NCBI RefSeq assembly: GCF_006345805.1
Contig: NC_043004.1
Coordinates: 89,590,001-89,654,000 of the forward strand
Source of the DNA: Octopus sinensis
Lineage: Eukaryota
Direction of reading: 5' to 3'
Length of the DNA stretch: 64,000 bases
This document shows, piece by piece, positions 35,302 through 48,978 of the stretch. Both the position numbers and the translations under genes were made by a program. The notes below the pieces were generated by a model. It was not told the DNA's origin. It worked only from the letters and a program-made list of their open reading frames with translations, and made no database searches. Numbering within the stretch: the first letter of the stretch is position 1; the number at the start of each line of letters is the position of its first letter.

Positions 35302-37689
35302 GTGAGAATATATATTACATAAAATATTATTGCAATGGATATATGTTGAAATAAGCTTTTGGGCCTTTGATAAGAAGCTACAAAATCTATAAAAGCTTGA
35401 TATTTGTAATTGAAAATACGGTTTTAATTTTGGTCTTAGAGCCTTTGTGCCTCTATAATTAATTTTTTGTTGTACCGAGTTGCCATCTCAAAGCAAACAT
35501 ACTGATATATTAGTGTACAATTAAGTTTTCTCTAGAGCTAGTGCGCGAATTTTCATATTTTATTCTGGTGGTATTTTTGATGTTGCATTACTAATTCGAC
35601 AATTTTCAGTGTAGTCAAAAATATCAATTTGATGTGCTCCTGAACGTTCATCCTCTCTTACTCTCTAAAAGTTTGAGAAACTTGTATATCCCCGATATAC
35701 ACTCACACACACACATTGTAAATTTTTCAGCCGCTTCTCTATGAAAGTGAACAATCCTTAGAAATCCAACCTTTTTTTTTACTCGTTAAAATCTCTTCCT
35801 GTCATGTATGTTTTTCCTGTTAATGTATTTTGAACAAATCTTACTACCATCAAAATCGTTGGTAATCACTCTTCAAAAAACTTCTCCCTGCATGTGACAT
35901 AGGTTTTTTGGCAAACCGGTTTTTTTTTTATTTTGATATTATCTTCATGATTGTGACCCAGTAAAGTGCACACCAGTGCTTCTTTGTATCTGTTCGACGG
36001 GAGATCAGTAAATCAAAAAGACACAAAAGCCGTGCCCTTCATTCGACTTTGATGTGTAGCATGCTACAATTGGGATATTACGAGTCCGTTTGCGTTTGCA
36101 TTCAGCGCTTGGACGCAAATAAAATAGAACGCAAGTTAATAAACTGGAACGTTCAGTCAAATTTAGACAGAAAGCTATATGCAGAAGTATGAGTGGAAAG
36201 TATACAGGTAGAACAAATAAGAATTAGTGGTGTAAAGCTTCTCCTGGACATTTCTTGTTCGTTTGGGGCAGCGAAACTAAAAGAGCGCTGATAGATCTTA
36301 CCTCATAGTAAAAAGAGTTTATTTACTTTTTTTTTTTGGCATTACTAAGTTAAATAAATAAAAGTGTAAAGAAGCATAAGCATCATAATAAAAGATACAG
36401 ACGCCTTAGTCCTGGAATTGGCTATTTTGGAGGCAGGTCGGACTGGAAAAGTTTTATAGCAATGTTTTTGGCTTATAGGTGCTGAAAGGGAAACTACTTG
36501 TCAGTGACCGTTGTTTGCGCGAATTGTGGCCTTGACATTGATTATGCGTGTGAAGGTAATAAGGTTAATCTGTAAGGTACCTGATTAATATGGATTTGTG
36601 AAGTCTGAATGATATTTTTCTTTTTGTAAAGGAAATCCGAAAGAAAATAGACATTGCTAGAGTTTCCGAGTTGGAAACTGCACTAGCAACTAAATTTCTC
36701 TGGATGTATGTTTTAAGCATTATCATGTACGATTCCATGCGAGTCTATGGAACCAGCTTTCTTGTTTTTTTAAATTTTATATTTTTCGTCGGAGTTTAAC
36801 TGACCTCCCAAGCATTTCTTAAGAACCTTATTTTTCTTGATAACAAACCAATATTTCGTGCTGTGGGGTCATTATCCCAATATAATTAACATACACACTG
36901 GTTCAATTTCACTCATTTATCAAATATCCGATTGTTTTGTTTTTGTCAAAGCTCTTTTGTTGCTTCTTGCTACCATTTTCAATGACAAAGATTGCAAGAG
37001 GTTATGTAAGAGCTTTGACAAACAAAAACAAAACAATCAGATATTTAATAAATGAGTAGAATTGAACCGGTATGTGTTTTAATTATATTGGCATAATGAA
37101 TCTCTTTAGACTCAACAAAATTTGTTTCAACACATGAATTCATATAAAGAATTTTGCAAACCAGATACCAAAACGAAGTAAAACAATACTTCTCTAGTGC
37201 ATTTTGTGTATCAAAAGTTCCATCCCTATTCATTTATTCATAGTAGTCATTAGTCATAATTTAAAACCGTGGGAAATTTTATTGCCTATATTATTATCAA
37301 ATTCCGTTAACATTTGATTGAATCAAAAGCTTCAAGAAGTTCTGAATTTGTTAACATATCACATAAGAAACATTTTGTTGGGTTGGTTATGGTACTTAGG
37401 TAGAAGAGACGGTAGAGGTAGGAAGCTGGGTACTAAAACATGAATGAATGACCCAACAATGTTTTGCATTTCCATATATTTATTGTTTCAATACATATGT
37501 ATTTATATATGTACAGTGAATTAATTGTAATAAGAAACATGTATTATGTGATATTTAAATATTTGCACTGCAAGACAGAAATGATTTTAATTAATACTAA
37601 ACAGAATGGTGGAATGAACTTTGCACTACTGGTCCTAAATATGGCCTATCCCGTTACTCTGAAAATTTTGTTAATTGTAAGAGATTGAT

Positions 37690-38030
37690 TTAAACCAAGG
37701 GCAAATGAAATCTTTGCTGGTACAGGAGTAAGAATTACAGGTACTGATGGAAAATCCCATACACAAAGTTACTGCCAGTGTGACTCTAAAACAACATTGA
37801 CCATGCCCTCTCATGCAGAAAGCGGGGTGGATTTTTGTCCATGAGACATAATTGTGTTTGGGTCTTTGAGGTATAATTGATGCGAAAGATGTGTAATGAT
37901 GTGAAGGTGAAAACCAAACTCCTCCCACTAGACACAAACGTGATGAGAAATTGCAATACTGCTGAAAAATCATGGTTAGTTGTTGTCTGGAATTGGAGTT
38001 TGGGGTCCCCTTGAAAAAAATCATTGTTGA
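37690..38030 (+). mobile_element. Possible CRE-like retrotransposon relic
   Basis: Translation ANEIFAGTGVRITGTDGK and a downstream GLGVP-like stretch resemble motifs in RLE/CRE-type RTs. Short and decayed. Confidence 0.35.
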
Positions 38031-38175
38031 ACATCAGTGTTATGTGCATCCAAATGCACCCACATATATAAACAAGACTTTGTCTTGGGTTTATGCAAGA
38101 CATGAATGGAAGAAGAAAATGACTTGGTGCTCCAAATAGAAAAGGGCTCTTCATTTTAAAAGAAAAATAGTTAGG

Positions 38176-38969
38176 AAAAATATAAGGATATTCTAAAAGA
38201 AAAATAGTTATAAAATACTTAAAAGAAGTTTAAATGTCAATATATTATTACAAACACTTTTTATATAGAAAGCATATGCTTGAAACTGTAATGTCATTAA
38301 TATTCTACTGATACATTCCTTACATCTTTGAAATTATGCTATAACACCTTAGATCCAACTTCTATGGATTTTTTCTTTTTAGTTGTAATGTTGATATGTA
38401 ACACCACCAAGAACTGCACTATGAAGACTAGGGAACTATATATAGAACATCCCAGAAGTCATGTCTACATCAGGAGAGATGGGAGAGGAAGCTAGTAAGC
38501 ATCACAAGGGGATTGCTCTCTTAATTGCTGAGAAACAAAAATGAAAGATACTCTGATGTTCTGAACTATATAAGAACAAGAATTAGATTTAGTCTACTGA
38601 AGAGCATCTTAATTGTACTTTAAGAGACAGAGAAATAAGCTTCACCTATTTCTATGCTGTCAGTCAGTCATATAGAATTCACTGAGGACTTCAGGGATGT
38701 TCTATATATAGTTCCCTAGTCTTCATAGTGCAGTTCTTGGTGGTGTTACATATCAACATTACAACTAAAAAAAAAATCCATAGAAGTTGGATCTAAGGTG
38801 TTATAGCATAATTTCAAAGATGTAAGGAATGTATCAGTAGAATATTAATGACATTACAGTTTCAAGCATATGCTTTCTATATAAAAAGTGTTTGTAATAA
38901 TATATTGACATTTAAACTTCTTTTAAGTATTTTATAACTATTTTTCTTTTAGAATATCCTTATATTTTT
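38176..38969. repeat. Long inverted repeat in MPC1 intron 1: ~285-bp arms, 226-nt spacer
   Basis: 38176-38460 is the reverse complement of 38687-38969 apart from one substitution and a poly-T difference. Confidence 0.96.
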
Positions 38970-39869
38970 GATAATAAACATTGATGAAAATACATATTAA
39001 TCAACAAAAAATCACTCGACTAACATTAAAAGAATTTGCAAATTTGAACAATGTTCATTGAAAGCTGTATGTTTTCATTTTATCAATATGAGTCTGATCA
39101 GTGGTAATCAATAAACTGATATAAACAGAACAAGGCAAATATTTATATGGAAAAATATTTGCATATATATATATATATATACTAGCTTACGGTGACCCGC
39201 TCTACGTGTGGGTGAGAGTGTGGTTGTTACTTTCTTTTGCTTCCTTTCTGTTGTTTATCACCACTGTCTCCCTCTTTGTATCTCTCTCACTTTCCCACTC
39301 TTACTCTTCCTTTCTCTCGGACTCTTACTCTCTATCTTTCTCTATGTATCTCTCTCCCATTTATAAACAACAAAAGATCTTGAGTAAGTTGAGAAAGAAA
39401 ATATTTTGAAAGATCAATCATAAATATCAGGCAGTGACAACGGAAAGGTCTGCTTTCTTCTAACTCATTTTGTGCTTTATAAAGTATTTATAAATCGTTT
39501 TTTGCTATTTTTGTTTAGAGATGGATAAGTCGGAAATTCGTATAGTTTTGAAATATAAGTTCCTGTAAAACAGGCCTTCCAAGGTTTTATTGATTCTAGA
39601 TTGCCAGGCTTTTACAGTTCCAGGCATGACAAGCTACCGCTGAAATGGCAAAAGTGTATTGACAATATGGGTGCATACTTTGATGAATAAAACTATTCCT
39701 TGTGTTTATAAAACATTAGCAAACTTCTTTTCTACAAATTTCATACTTGATGACCTAATACAAAGATAGCCCCCCCCCTGCCGCCAACCCCATCATTTCG
39801 AAGGTTGTAGCTTAAAAAGAAAAATGGGGAAAATCCCTGAAAAATTTTCTTCACAAATTTCTTTATAAT

Positions 39870-40068
39870 CGTAATCTATGCAAGGACAGACAAATGGATT
39901 AAGTCGATTATATTGACCCCAGTGCGTAACTGGTACTTATTTAATTGACCCTGAAAGGATGAAAGGCAAAGTTGACCTTGGCGGAATTTGAACTCAGAAC
40001 ATAGCGGCAGACGAAATACTGCTAAGCATTTCGCCCGGCGTGCTAACGTTTCTACCAGCTCGCCACCG
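39870..40068 (-). mobile_element. SINE family C
   Basis: Reverse complement of the CGGTGGCGAGCTGGTAGAAACGTTAGCACGCCGGGCGAAATGCTTAGC... element. Confidence 0.88.
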
Positions 40069-40101
40069 TGTATGTATATATACATATATATATATATATA
40101 A

Positions 40102-40143
<42 letters not shown>

Positions 40144-42623
40144 GGTGCCCCAGCATGGCCACAGCTCGTGAGCTGAAACTAGAATCAATCATATATATAT
40201 ATATATATATATATGTCTACATACACACACACACACATGAGGGGTGGTCATTAAAGATTTCCACTGACATGTCACATTCTAAATTGCAGCTTTCCACTAG
40301 TATTTGTTTGTCTTTCATGGATGCTGAAGTCGACTAAGGTGTTACAATTGCAGCAGTTGAATGCAGCTCAGTAATCAGGTTCTTATACTTGAAAAGTCAT
40401 ACACCAAAAGAAACCTAAAGGATTTGGTTTTATAAGCAATTTCAGATGCAAAACTAGCCATTTCTATGATCTGTTCAAACTATGCAATAACAAAGCTTGT
40501 AAACACTCTAAATTTGACTGTATCAGAATACCACCTCTAACATACTGTGGATGTTTACAAAATTACATCAGACTAACAAGATTATCGCTACATAGAAGAA
40601 TGAGCGTACATAATCAACAGATGATGGAAAAACAAGGAAAATTCCATTAAGTGGCCATATAGCAATATGTGCTTGAATGGAGTCACTGAACTTTATAATA
40701 TTTACATTTTACAAATGCATCGACTCTGCCACAGAACAAAAAATAAACAAAGTCAATTTATGCAATGAATAGCTGACAAATAATTTCTTCGAATTATGGG
40801 CATTTTAGATATGCAGGCATAGACATGCACATACATATTCACATACTGTTTTCTATATATGATAAAAAAATATTAACCTATGTGTGTGTGTGTGTGTGTA
40901 CACTAGTGAATGTGTATATATGTGTGTCTTTTATATTTTATAAAGGCTATTCAATTTTTCGCGGACAGTCTACATAAAAGGCCAGAGTTAGTACTTAAAT
41001 ATTTACCACCTGCTTGAAAACAAAGTTTATTTAACCATTTCTTATCTTTTATCCTGATTACCTCATTGTTATTCTACACACATTGTCATCTCTACCTATC
41101 TGCTTGCTAGTCTGTCTGTTTTTTGTTTGGCTTATCCTTTCATTTGTTGTCTTGTAACCTGATACTCTAGTTGTCTGACCAACTGCAACAATTTCAACCA
41201 TACAGCAACTGTTATAATTATTTTCTCTCTTTCAGACCAGTTATATGTTGGCTAAAAAAGATTCTTCTATCCCTCTGACCCCTACCCCTTTCCTTTCATT
41301 CCATGTGACCAGTGTTCCACACAGCCTGACCTTTCTTGGTTCAACTACCATCCATGTAGCATCTCATATTCCTTCCCATGACTTTCATATCTAATGTTCC
41401 TGCTGTAAGGCTTCACTTCTACACACACTGGCTTAATTTAATTCATCCTTACTCAAAAGACACCTGTTGTTAATGTCCTGCTGTTTGTATTTGTAATTGT
41501 GTACCATTTCTCCATTTTCTTCATTCTTGTTTTGGTATACATTTTGCTTGCTTTCTTTCAAAGAACCTAGTAACAAGTAATAACAAATAGAAGTAATAAC
41601 TTGTGATAAAATTTTTCAGTTTTAGTAAAAGCTAACATTTTCTAAATATAAATATTTTATTTGAAATTCTTATCCTTAGCTGCAATATTTTAAGTAAAAA
41701 TTTTCTTGTTTGTACTTTACCAGTTGTAAAAACTTGCCTGATCTTTTCCACATGTAATAACATGTCCTGTACTTTTCCAGATATATAGTCTTAAGAATAT
41801 AATTTCTCTTGCTCGCATTTTTCCATGTAATATACATATTATATGCATGTGTGGTGTGTGTGTATATATTATTATCATCATCATCATTGTTTAAGATCCA
41901 TCTACCATGCATGCATGGGTAGGACGTATCACAGGTAGAAAAACTACCCTGTTCTACTCTGTTTTGGCAGTGTATTTATGGTTGGATGCCCTTCCTAACA
42001 TCAACTACTACACAGAGTGGACTCAGTGCTTTTCACGTGGCACTAGCACAGGCAAGGTTAGTTTTGGCCTGATTTTTACAGCTGGATGTCCTTCCAAATG
42101 CCAACCACTTTACAGTAAAGACTGGATGCTTTTTACATAGCACCAGAACTGGCAGGGTCACTGAGTAACTCATAAGAAAAGGAATTATGAGAGGGGCAGG
42201 AGCATTTGAGGAGGGGAACTTGTGTCAGATGATGAAAGGTTAGAGGGAGGCAGAAATAGGTGTCTTGGTATAGAGGAGGTACATGGTTACCCAGCAAGAG
42301 AGAGAGAGAGAGAGAAAAAGAGAAAGCAACCAAGAATGAGGGCAGAAATAGGTATGCTGCTGTAGAGGAGATATTTGTGGCTACTCAGTCGCCAGAGGAA
42401 AGAGCAAGAGAAGAGTGAGAGAGAGAGAGTGGGAAAGAACAAGAGAAGAGTGAGAGAGAGAGTGGGAAACAACAAAAGTGTAAGAGAGAGCAGGTGAAAG
42501 ATGGTTATGTGCCAGGTATATTTACAAGTAACAAGGATCATAACATAGATGTAATAGTAGAGTAAAGAAAAGGGAGATATGAAGGTTGTAATATGTGTGC
42601 TCAGGTGTTGTCCAAAATATATG

Positions 42624-42992
42624 TAGGTTCAGGCATGGCTGTGTGGTAAGAAGCTAGCTTCCCTACTACATGGCTCTGGGTTCAGTACCACTGCATGGTA
42701 CCTTGGGCAAGTATCTTCTACTATAGCCTTGGGCTGATCAAAGCTTTATGTGTAGATTTGGTACATGGAAACTAAAAGATACTTGCCGTGTGTGTGTGTG
42801 TATATATATATATGTATGTCTATGTGTGTATATCTTTGTGTCCGTGTTTGTCCCCCACTTGACAACTGGTGTTGCTGTGTTTACATCCCTGTAACTTAAT
42901 GGCTCAGCAAAAGAGACCAGTAGAATAAGTATTAGGCTTAAGAAATAAGTCCTGGTGTTGATTTGTTTGACTAAAACCCTTCAAGGTGGTGC
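42624..42992 (+). mobile_element. SINE family A, diverged
   Basis: CATGGCTGTGTGGTAAG...GGCAAGTATCTTCTACTATAGCC...(TG/TA)n...AAAGAGACCAGTAGAATAAGT. Confidence 0.85.
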
Positions 42993-43609
42993 ACGTGCAT
43001 ACATACACACACACACAAGTTGATCTATGGACCAACAGTTACACATGTTAATTACTCAATATGAGTAATGTACTGAAAAACAATATTAAAGAAACAATTT
43101 TACTATAAATCATGTTATAATCTTCCACTACAAAAGTTATATATATTTATACATCTTAACCATCTTATATGGAAACGATTATTATATTCTAATATAGTAG
43201 AATAATTAATACTAGAATGTTACCCATCTTTGTAGCATATCTTTGAGCCTCCTCAGAAACATCAGACTCAAAAGTTTCTTTAGGAGCCAGTGATCCAGCA
43301 TGCAAACCACATGACCTGTCCTGTGCAGATGTGACTGCATCAAGATTGTGTGCGTGCTGGACAGTTCAGCATGAAAGAGTACTTCCGTGGTAAGAATTTT
43401 TTCTTACCACTTAATGCTTAGAATTTTTCTGAAGTGGGTAGTATGGGAGTGGTTCAGCTTCTTTGCATGCCACTGATAGAGAGTCCATTCTTTGTTAGAA
43501 ATTTTTCAACAATACTAAATTCTATCAATATTTGTTTGATAATTTCCTTTATTTTCTTTAACATAGTGTTTATTTTCTTTTTCATATGATGTTGTTAAAT
43601 GGTCAACAG

Positions 43610-43613
43610 TACT
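43610..43613 (+). CDS. MPC1: MPC1 exon 2, 4-nt microexon TACT
   Basis: CAACAG|TACT|GTGAGT supplies exactly the missing (AG)T ACT = Ser-Thr between exon 1 and the HFWGP exon. T-rich tract at 43571-43583. It is the only such AG-YACN-GTRAG site I noticed in 35302-49499. Confidence 0.83.
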
Positions 43614-45469
43614 GTGAGTATCTTCAATATTTTAATCAAATATTTCTTTTAATAACCTGATTTTAATACTTTTTAAACGGTAATCAAGCTACAAGTATCC
43701 ATTCTTTGTTGTAAGCATACTATCTGGAGATTTGACATCTCACTACCATTTTTGGATGTTTATGAGGTACTTTGTGAAGGAGATTAGTTGAGTTCATATG
43801 TTGTCATTTAAAACTCTTCAGTATTGTGTATATTTTCCATTGTTTTGATCAATTAACCTAATTCTTTGAACGTCTTATAGAATACTTATTACACAGTATT
43901 CTAGGGAATATCTTTATTGTTTTAACATTTATTGATATTACATTTCCACATTACTCTGTCATTTTATTTCTATGTAAAACACTATAAAAGAAATGTGTTG
44001 TACTAGAACATCATCCTCAATTATTCTGTTATTTAATTTTTCAGGATAAATGTTTTGGATATATCTGAAAACTTATGATATGCAGCTCTATTTTGAAAAT
44101 TATAAACATACTTTTTATTATTCATAAGTTATTAAGAAATTTTCTCTGAGCTTTTTCTTTATCAAAGAAGACTAAGACTATTGATAGTTATGTATAGTTT
44201 CAGAATGTTTTCACAAAGAATTTTTGAGTCAGTTTAACATTGCACCATTTATTGCTACTGAAGTTTGTATGCATCATAATATTTAGCAAGCAAGGAAACT
44301 TATTCATATTACAGATAAGAGACTTTGCTTGAAGAATTATTTCTAAACAAGGATATTATTATGGTTACTGGTGCTTCGGACAACTAATCAGATTTGTTAC
44401 TGGCTACTTTGAGAAAGACTTGGTCAGATATTGAAAAGTCAGAACTTAAAGTGAGATATGTGATTAAGGAAAGTTGGGTCACGCCCTTCCAATTGCTATA
44501 CATTCGTAATGCATCTTACGGCTGTGCCCATCACCTGGATGGTAAGGAATACTACATTGGGAGTGGTAACAACTAGGGTACTGTAGCTGACTGCTTATTG
44601 TGATCATTCGTCTTTTGGTTTTCTGTAGCTTTGCTCTCTTTTACAAACAAAGTGAACATATATTTCCTATTTCAAAGAAATTCAAACAATAGATATAGGA
44701 CTCAAGTTAAAAAGATTCTCAACAATTCAACTTCTCTGGTAGACATTAAGATGCCCACCCCCAATAGGGGCCTTAACTCTCATATTTTAGAGCTCCATGA
44801 CCTCCATTTTTCAGGAGCAAAATCCTTTTAACAGGTTCTATAAGACTGGAATTTTGGAATATGCGCATAAAAATCAGTAGTATGGGATACATGTGGCACG
44901 ATTACAATTTTTTTAGGGTGTGTAAAGAGGGAAATAACCCTCATCTGCAATTTTGATGAAATTCGAAACATACATATATCAGTTCATTACAGAAAATATA
45001 ACCGAAAAGTCTAATTCTTCAATTGCATGTAACACTGGCAACGTCGGGTAACTCTGCTGGTATATAAATAAAATAGAATTAATCAGATTGAATTGATTGA
45101 ATAAAACTGATAAAATTGATCATATGTTCATATTTAAGCGTAGTCAATATTTTTCAATGAATGTAGTCTCTTTATTTATCTGCTGTTGTTCAGAAGTTGT
45201 TCTACTACATTGATATAAAGGGAATATTTTAAAGTTAGGTTGAAAATTCCTAGCACATCTATATATGTGTTTGCTGAGCAGTATTTGTATCTTAAGAAGC
45301 AAAGTTATTCACTATACAGTGTTGTTTTTTGTCTTCATGTCATTCCTATTTGTCCTAAATAGTTCTGTTCACATCCCAAACAAGTTATAATGTAAATTAA
45401 GTTTTGTAGATGCACAGGTGAAGTCATTCTTTATTTTGAACTTGACTTTGTACTTGGTTTGAGAAGAAT

Positions 45470-45963
45470 TGTGAAGCCAAGTGAACTCATAGTCGTGGCT
45501 GATGCTGGTGTCACATAACTGGTACGTAAAAAGCACCTTTCGAACATTGGGCCTCACGGAGGCAATGATAAGTGACCAAGACCTTTGGTGATATGCCATG
45601 CTTGAGAAGACCTTTCCAGCCAAGTGAAATCGTGGTCATGGCTGATGCTGGTCTCATGTGACTGGCACGTAAAAAGCACCTTTCGAACATTGGGCCTCAT
45701 GAAGGCAATGATAAGTGACCAAGACCTTTGGTGATATTCCATGCTTGAGAAGACCTGTCCAGCCAAGTGAAATTATAGTCATGGCTGATGCTGGTCTCAT
45801 ATGACTGGCACGTAAAAAGCACACATTACACTTGTGGAGTGGTTGGTGTTGAAACCATACAAGATCAGATTTGAACCTGGTGTAGCCCTACAGCCTACCA
45901 GTGTCAGTTAAACCATCTAACCCACGCCAGCATGGAAAGCAGATGTTAAATGATGATGATGAT
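45470..45963 (+). mobile_element. RTE-tail element with 143-bp tandem units
   Basis: GCTGATGCTGG units at 45498, 45641 and 45784. Ends CCAGCATGGAAAGCAGATGTTAAATGATGATGATGAT. Confidence 0.85.
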
Positions 45964-46641
45964 AACTTTGTTGAAAAACGTAAACAAAATTTCTGTTTAC
46001 CTCTTTTTTCTTCCTCTCCTTTGTAAGTAAGGCATGCACTTTAATACATTAATGTTATCTTTGTCTTTTGTCCGGGGGGGGAGGGGTTCTGTATGTAGTG
46101 GGGGTTGACATTTGGCCTCTTTGTTGACATGTATTTAGGTGTCTGCCTCCCTCTCTCACACACACACCTATACCACGTTGTGATAATGGTACAGGACTAT
46201 GTCTACAGTTTCTTAATGGCTGATGAAATAGATTTGTTTTACTTCTCTTTTTTTCTTTAAAGAAAATGATTAAAGGAAACACTGAGTTTTAGCAAGCCAA
46301 ATGATTTATATATCTTCTGGTGACAAAACATTTCTATTGAGTTGTTCTTTTTTACCTCTCTTCTGCATCCCGTTTGAATTGTGACATAAACTGATGGATT
46401 TTATACATAATATAAGAGTCAATGATCGATTGTATCAGTATATTGATATCTCAAGAATCTATAGTTGCAACAATTATATAATAATATTGCAATACTATTG
46501 AGATCAAATGTCAAAGAAACAATTGTAAATTTATGTAATAAAACAACTTGCTCACTCCAATCTCCTTGTGAATAATTATATATGTATATTATATAGTGAA
46601 AATTAAGGTAAGCACCAGCATAAATATTTAGTTCCTACATA

Positions 46642-47030
46642 TAGGCGCAGGAGTGGCTGTGTGGTAAGTAGCTTGATAACCAACCACATGGTTCTGGGTT
46701 CAGTCCCACTGCATGGCATCTTGGGCAAGTGTCTTCTGCTATAGCCCTGGGCCGACCAATGCCTTGTGAGTGGATTTGGTAGACGGAAACTGAAGACTGT
46801 CGTATATATGTATATATAAATATGTGTTTGTGTGTCTGTGTTTGTCCCCCCAACATGGCTTGACAACCGATGCTGGTGTGTTTACGTCCCCGTCACTTAG
46901 CGGTTCGGCAAAAGAGACTGATAGAATAAGTACTGGGCTTACAAAGAATAAGTCCCGGGGTTGATTTGCTCGATTAAAGGCGGTGCTCCAGCATGGCCAC
47001 AGTCAAATGACTGAAACAAGTAAAAGAGTA
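46642..47030 (+). mobile_element. SINE family A, full length
   Basis: TAGGCGCAGGAGTGGCTGTGTGG...CAAATGACTGAAACAAGTAAAAGAGTA. Confidence 0.92.
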
Positions 47031-47399
47031 ATATATATCACGATTGCAGTTTATTAGAACTTGGCATTGGATGTTCCAGGTGCATTTGGATGCCTATCTG
47101 CAGTTAGACATCCAAATGTTATGTGCATTTATATTAACATTGCTTTGTTCTACTGCCAGTATATGGCATCCACAACCAATGGCAGTGATAATAATTAATC
47201 AGTTAACCAATATATGTATTTACTGGTATCTGTACTAACACTGCTGTAAGTAGTGCTGATATAGCACCCACATCCAATGGAGGTAGCAAGTGTAACATAA
47301 ATGATGGTGGATTAAATGCGAGGACAACTGCTATGACATGTCTGTTGGCAAATGCTCATTACAATCTTCTTTTTGGATGCTGATAGCCACAGTTCCTCC

Positions 47400-47800
47400 T
47401 CCTCATGTTATCTCCTGCCTCCCCATACATTCCCTCAGAGTTGGTACTGTCAATGTAGGCACATTGAAAGGTAGGTCTAGTGAGATTGTTGATATGCTTG
47501 AAAGGAGATGTGTTGATGCGTGCTGCATCCAAGAAGTTCAGTGGAAGGGGAGCTTCAGCCAGGTTCCTCATTGGTAAAAGGCATAAGTATAAACTCTTCT
47601 GGGAGGGCAACAGTGATGGGCTAGGAGGTGTTGACATACTTCTAGCAGAGAAATGGGTAAATAAAGTGATTGAAGTAGTCAGAGTATGCGATAGGGTACT
47701 TAAGCTTAGACTAGTTTTGCAGAATAGCACAGCAACAATCATCTCTGCTTGTGCTCTCACTCCCACCAGGTCTGCCAAATGAACAAAAGGACCGCTGAAA
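47400..47800 (+). mobile_element. RTE endonuclease (APE) fragment
   Basis: LRVGTVNVGTLKGRSSEIVDMLERRCVDACCIQEVQWKG / YKLFWEGNSDGLGGVDILL...EVVRVCDRVLKLRL. Confidence 0.85.
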
Positions 47801-48037
47801 AGGACAGTTACTATATATATATATATATACATGCAATTATTTGGTAAATGGTGCTGAATTTTACACTTATGTAAATAATAGTAACTAGCTGACCCCATGA
47901 AAACTTCATGGAAAACACAAAAGATGTAAGTATCTGTAAATTGTGTACTGGTGCCATGAGAAATGTTTCTATATTGCGACAGGAAACCATTCATCTATCC
48001 CTAGTTTCCTCATTGACCATCAGATAAGGGATTGGGG

Positions 48038-48077
<40 letters not shown>

Positions 48078-48978
48078 GGGTGCAATGAGTAAATTATTTG
48101 CCATTTTATCTTTTTAATTTTGTGCCTGCACAAAATATGTTTTTGATTTTGTCAACTACACAGCATAGTAGGGTCAGTTGGGCAATGTTTGTCAGGAAAA
48201 CAGCACTGTGATGCAATTCACTATGACAGAAATTTGGAAATGACATGCTGTATTGCTGGAAGCTCCAATATGAACATTTCAGAGTGTTTTGGTGTCAATC
48301 TGATGACAGTGCAATCTGAAAGTGATAAAAATCAAGCATCCAGTCAAATAAAGTTCATTGCATATACGTAATTGAGAGACAACTGTCCTGACAGTGTTCT
48401 GTGTTGGCAAAAAGTTAACACAAATAATTCAAGCAGTTGGATATATTTCATGATGTGAAGTCTAATGTTTCAGATGCCTCTTTGGAGAGAGACAAGATAT
48501 AAATATCTCAAGTTGCAAAATTACAAATTATAAAAAAATGTGGGATGATATTGAGGGGTAGATGCAGGGAGATAAAGGGAGCGAAAACAACTAGAGTGTA
48601 ATGGTATGAGCAGTATAGGAGATATATGATGTGAGAGGAATTAAAATGTAGAAGAGAAGTTGTCAAAAAAATAGCATGATAGAAGTCAGGTGAAAAAGTG
48701 AGTGCCAGGGAGGCGGCTGAATAAGGAGTTGTGTTTTATCATTTTCTCAACTTTCTTTTGTTTTCTGGGGGGGATATAATAATCATCTTTTTGAATAGTT
48801 TGTTCAATGGCAGCATGTAGCTTCATAATTTGTGTCTACTAAACTGATGATATTCATTGTTATTTATAAGTTTAGTGAATGCTCAATTCCTTGCCATCTT
48901 ATAGATATTGCTTTTTCTTTTCTTCAGTATCCTTAAAAATTTTTTAGAATGTTTTCAGAGACTGTTTTGATATAACAT

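Noticed and set aside
44350-44580. Possible exon (IIMVTGASDN*...; donor GATG|GTAAGG near 44541)
   Set aside because: There is an in-frame stop, no convincing acceptor and no fit to MPC1. I could not assign a family.
46642-46720. tRNA-like heads of family A and C repeats as tRNA genes
   Set aside because: They continue into SINE bodies and tails, and no complete cloverleaf is evident.
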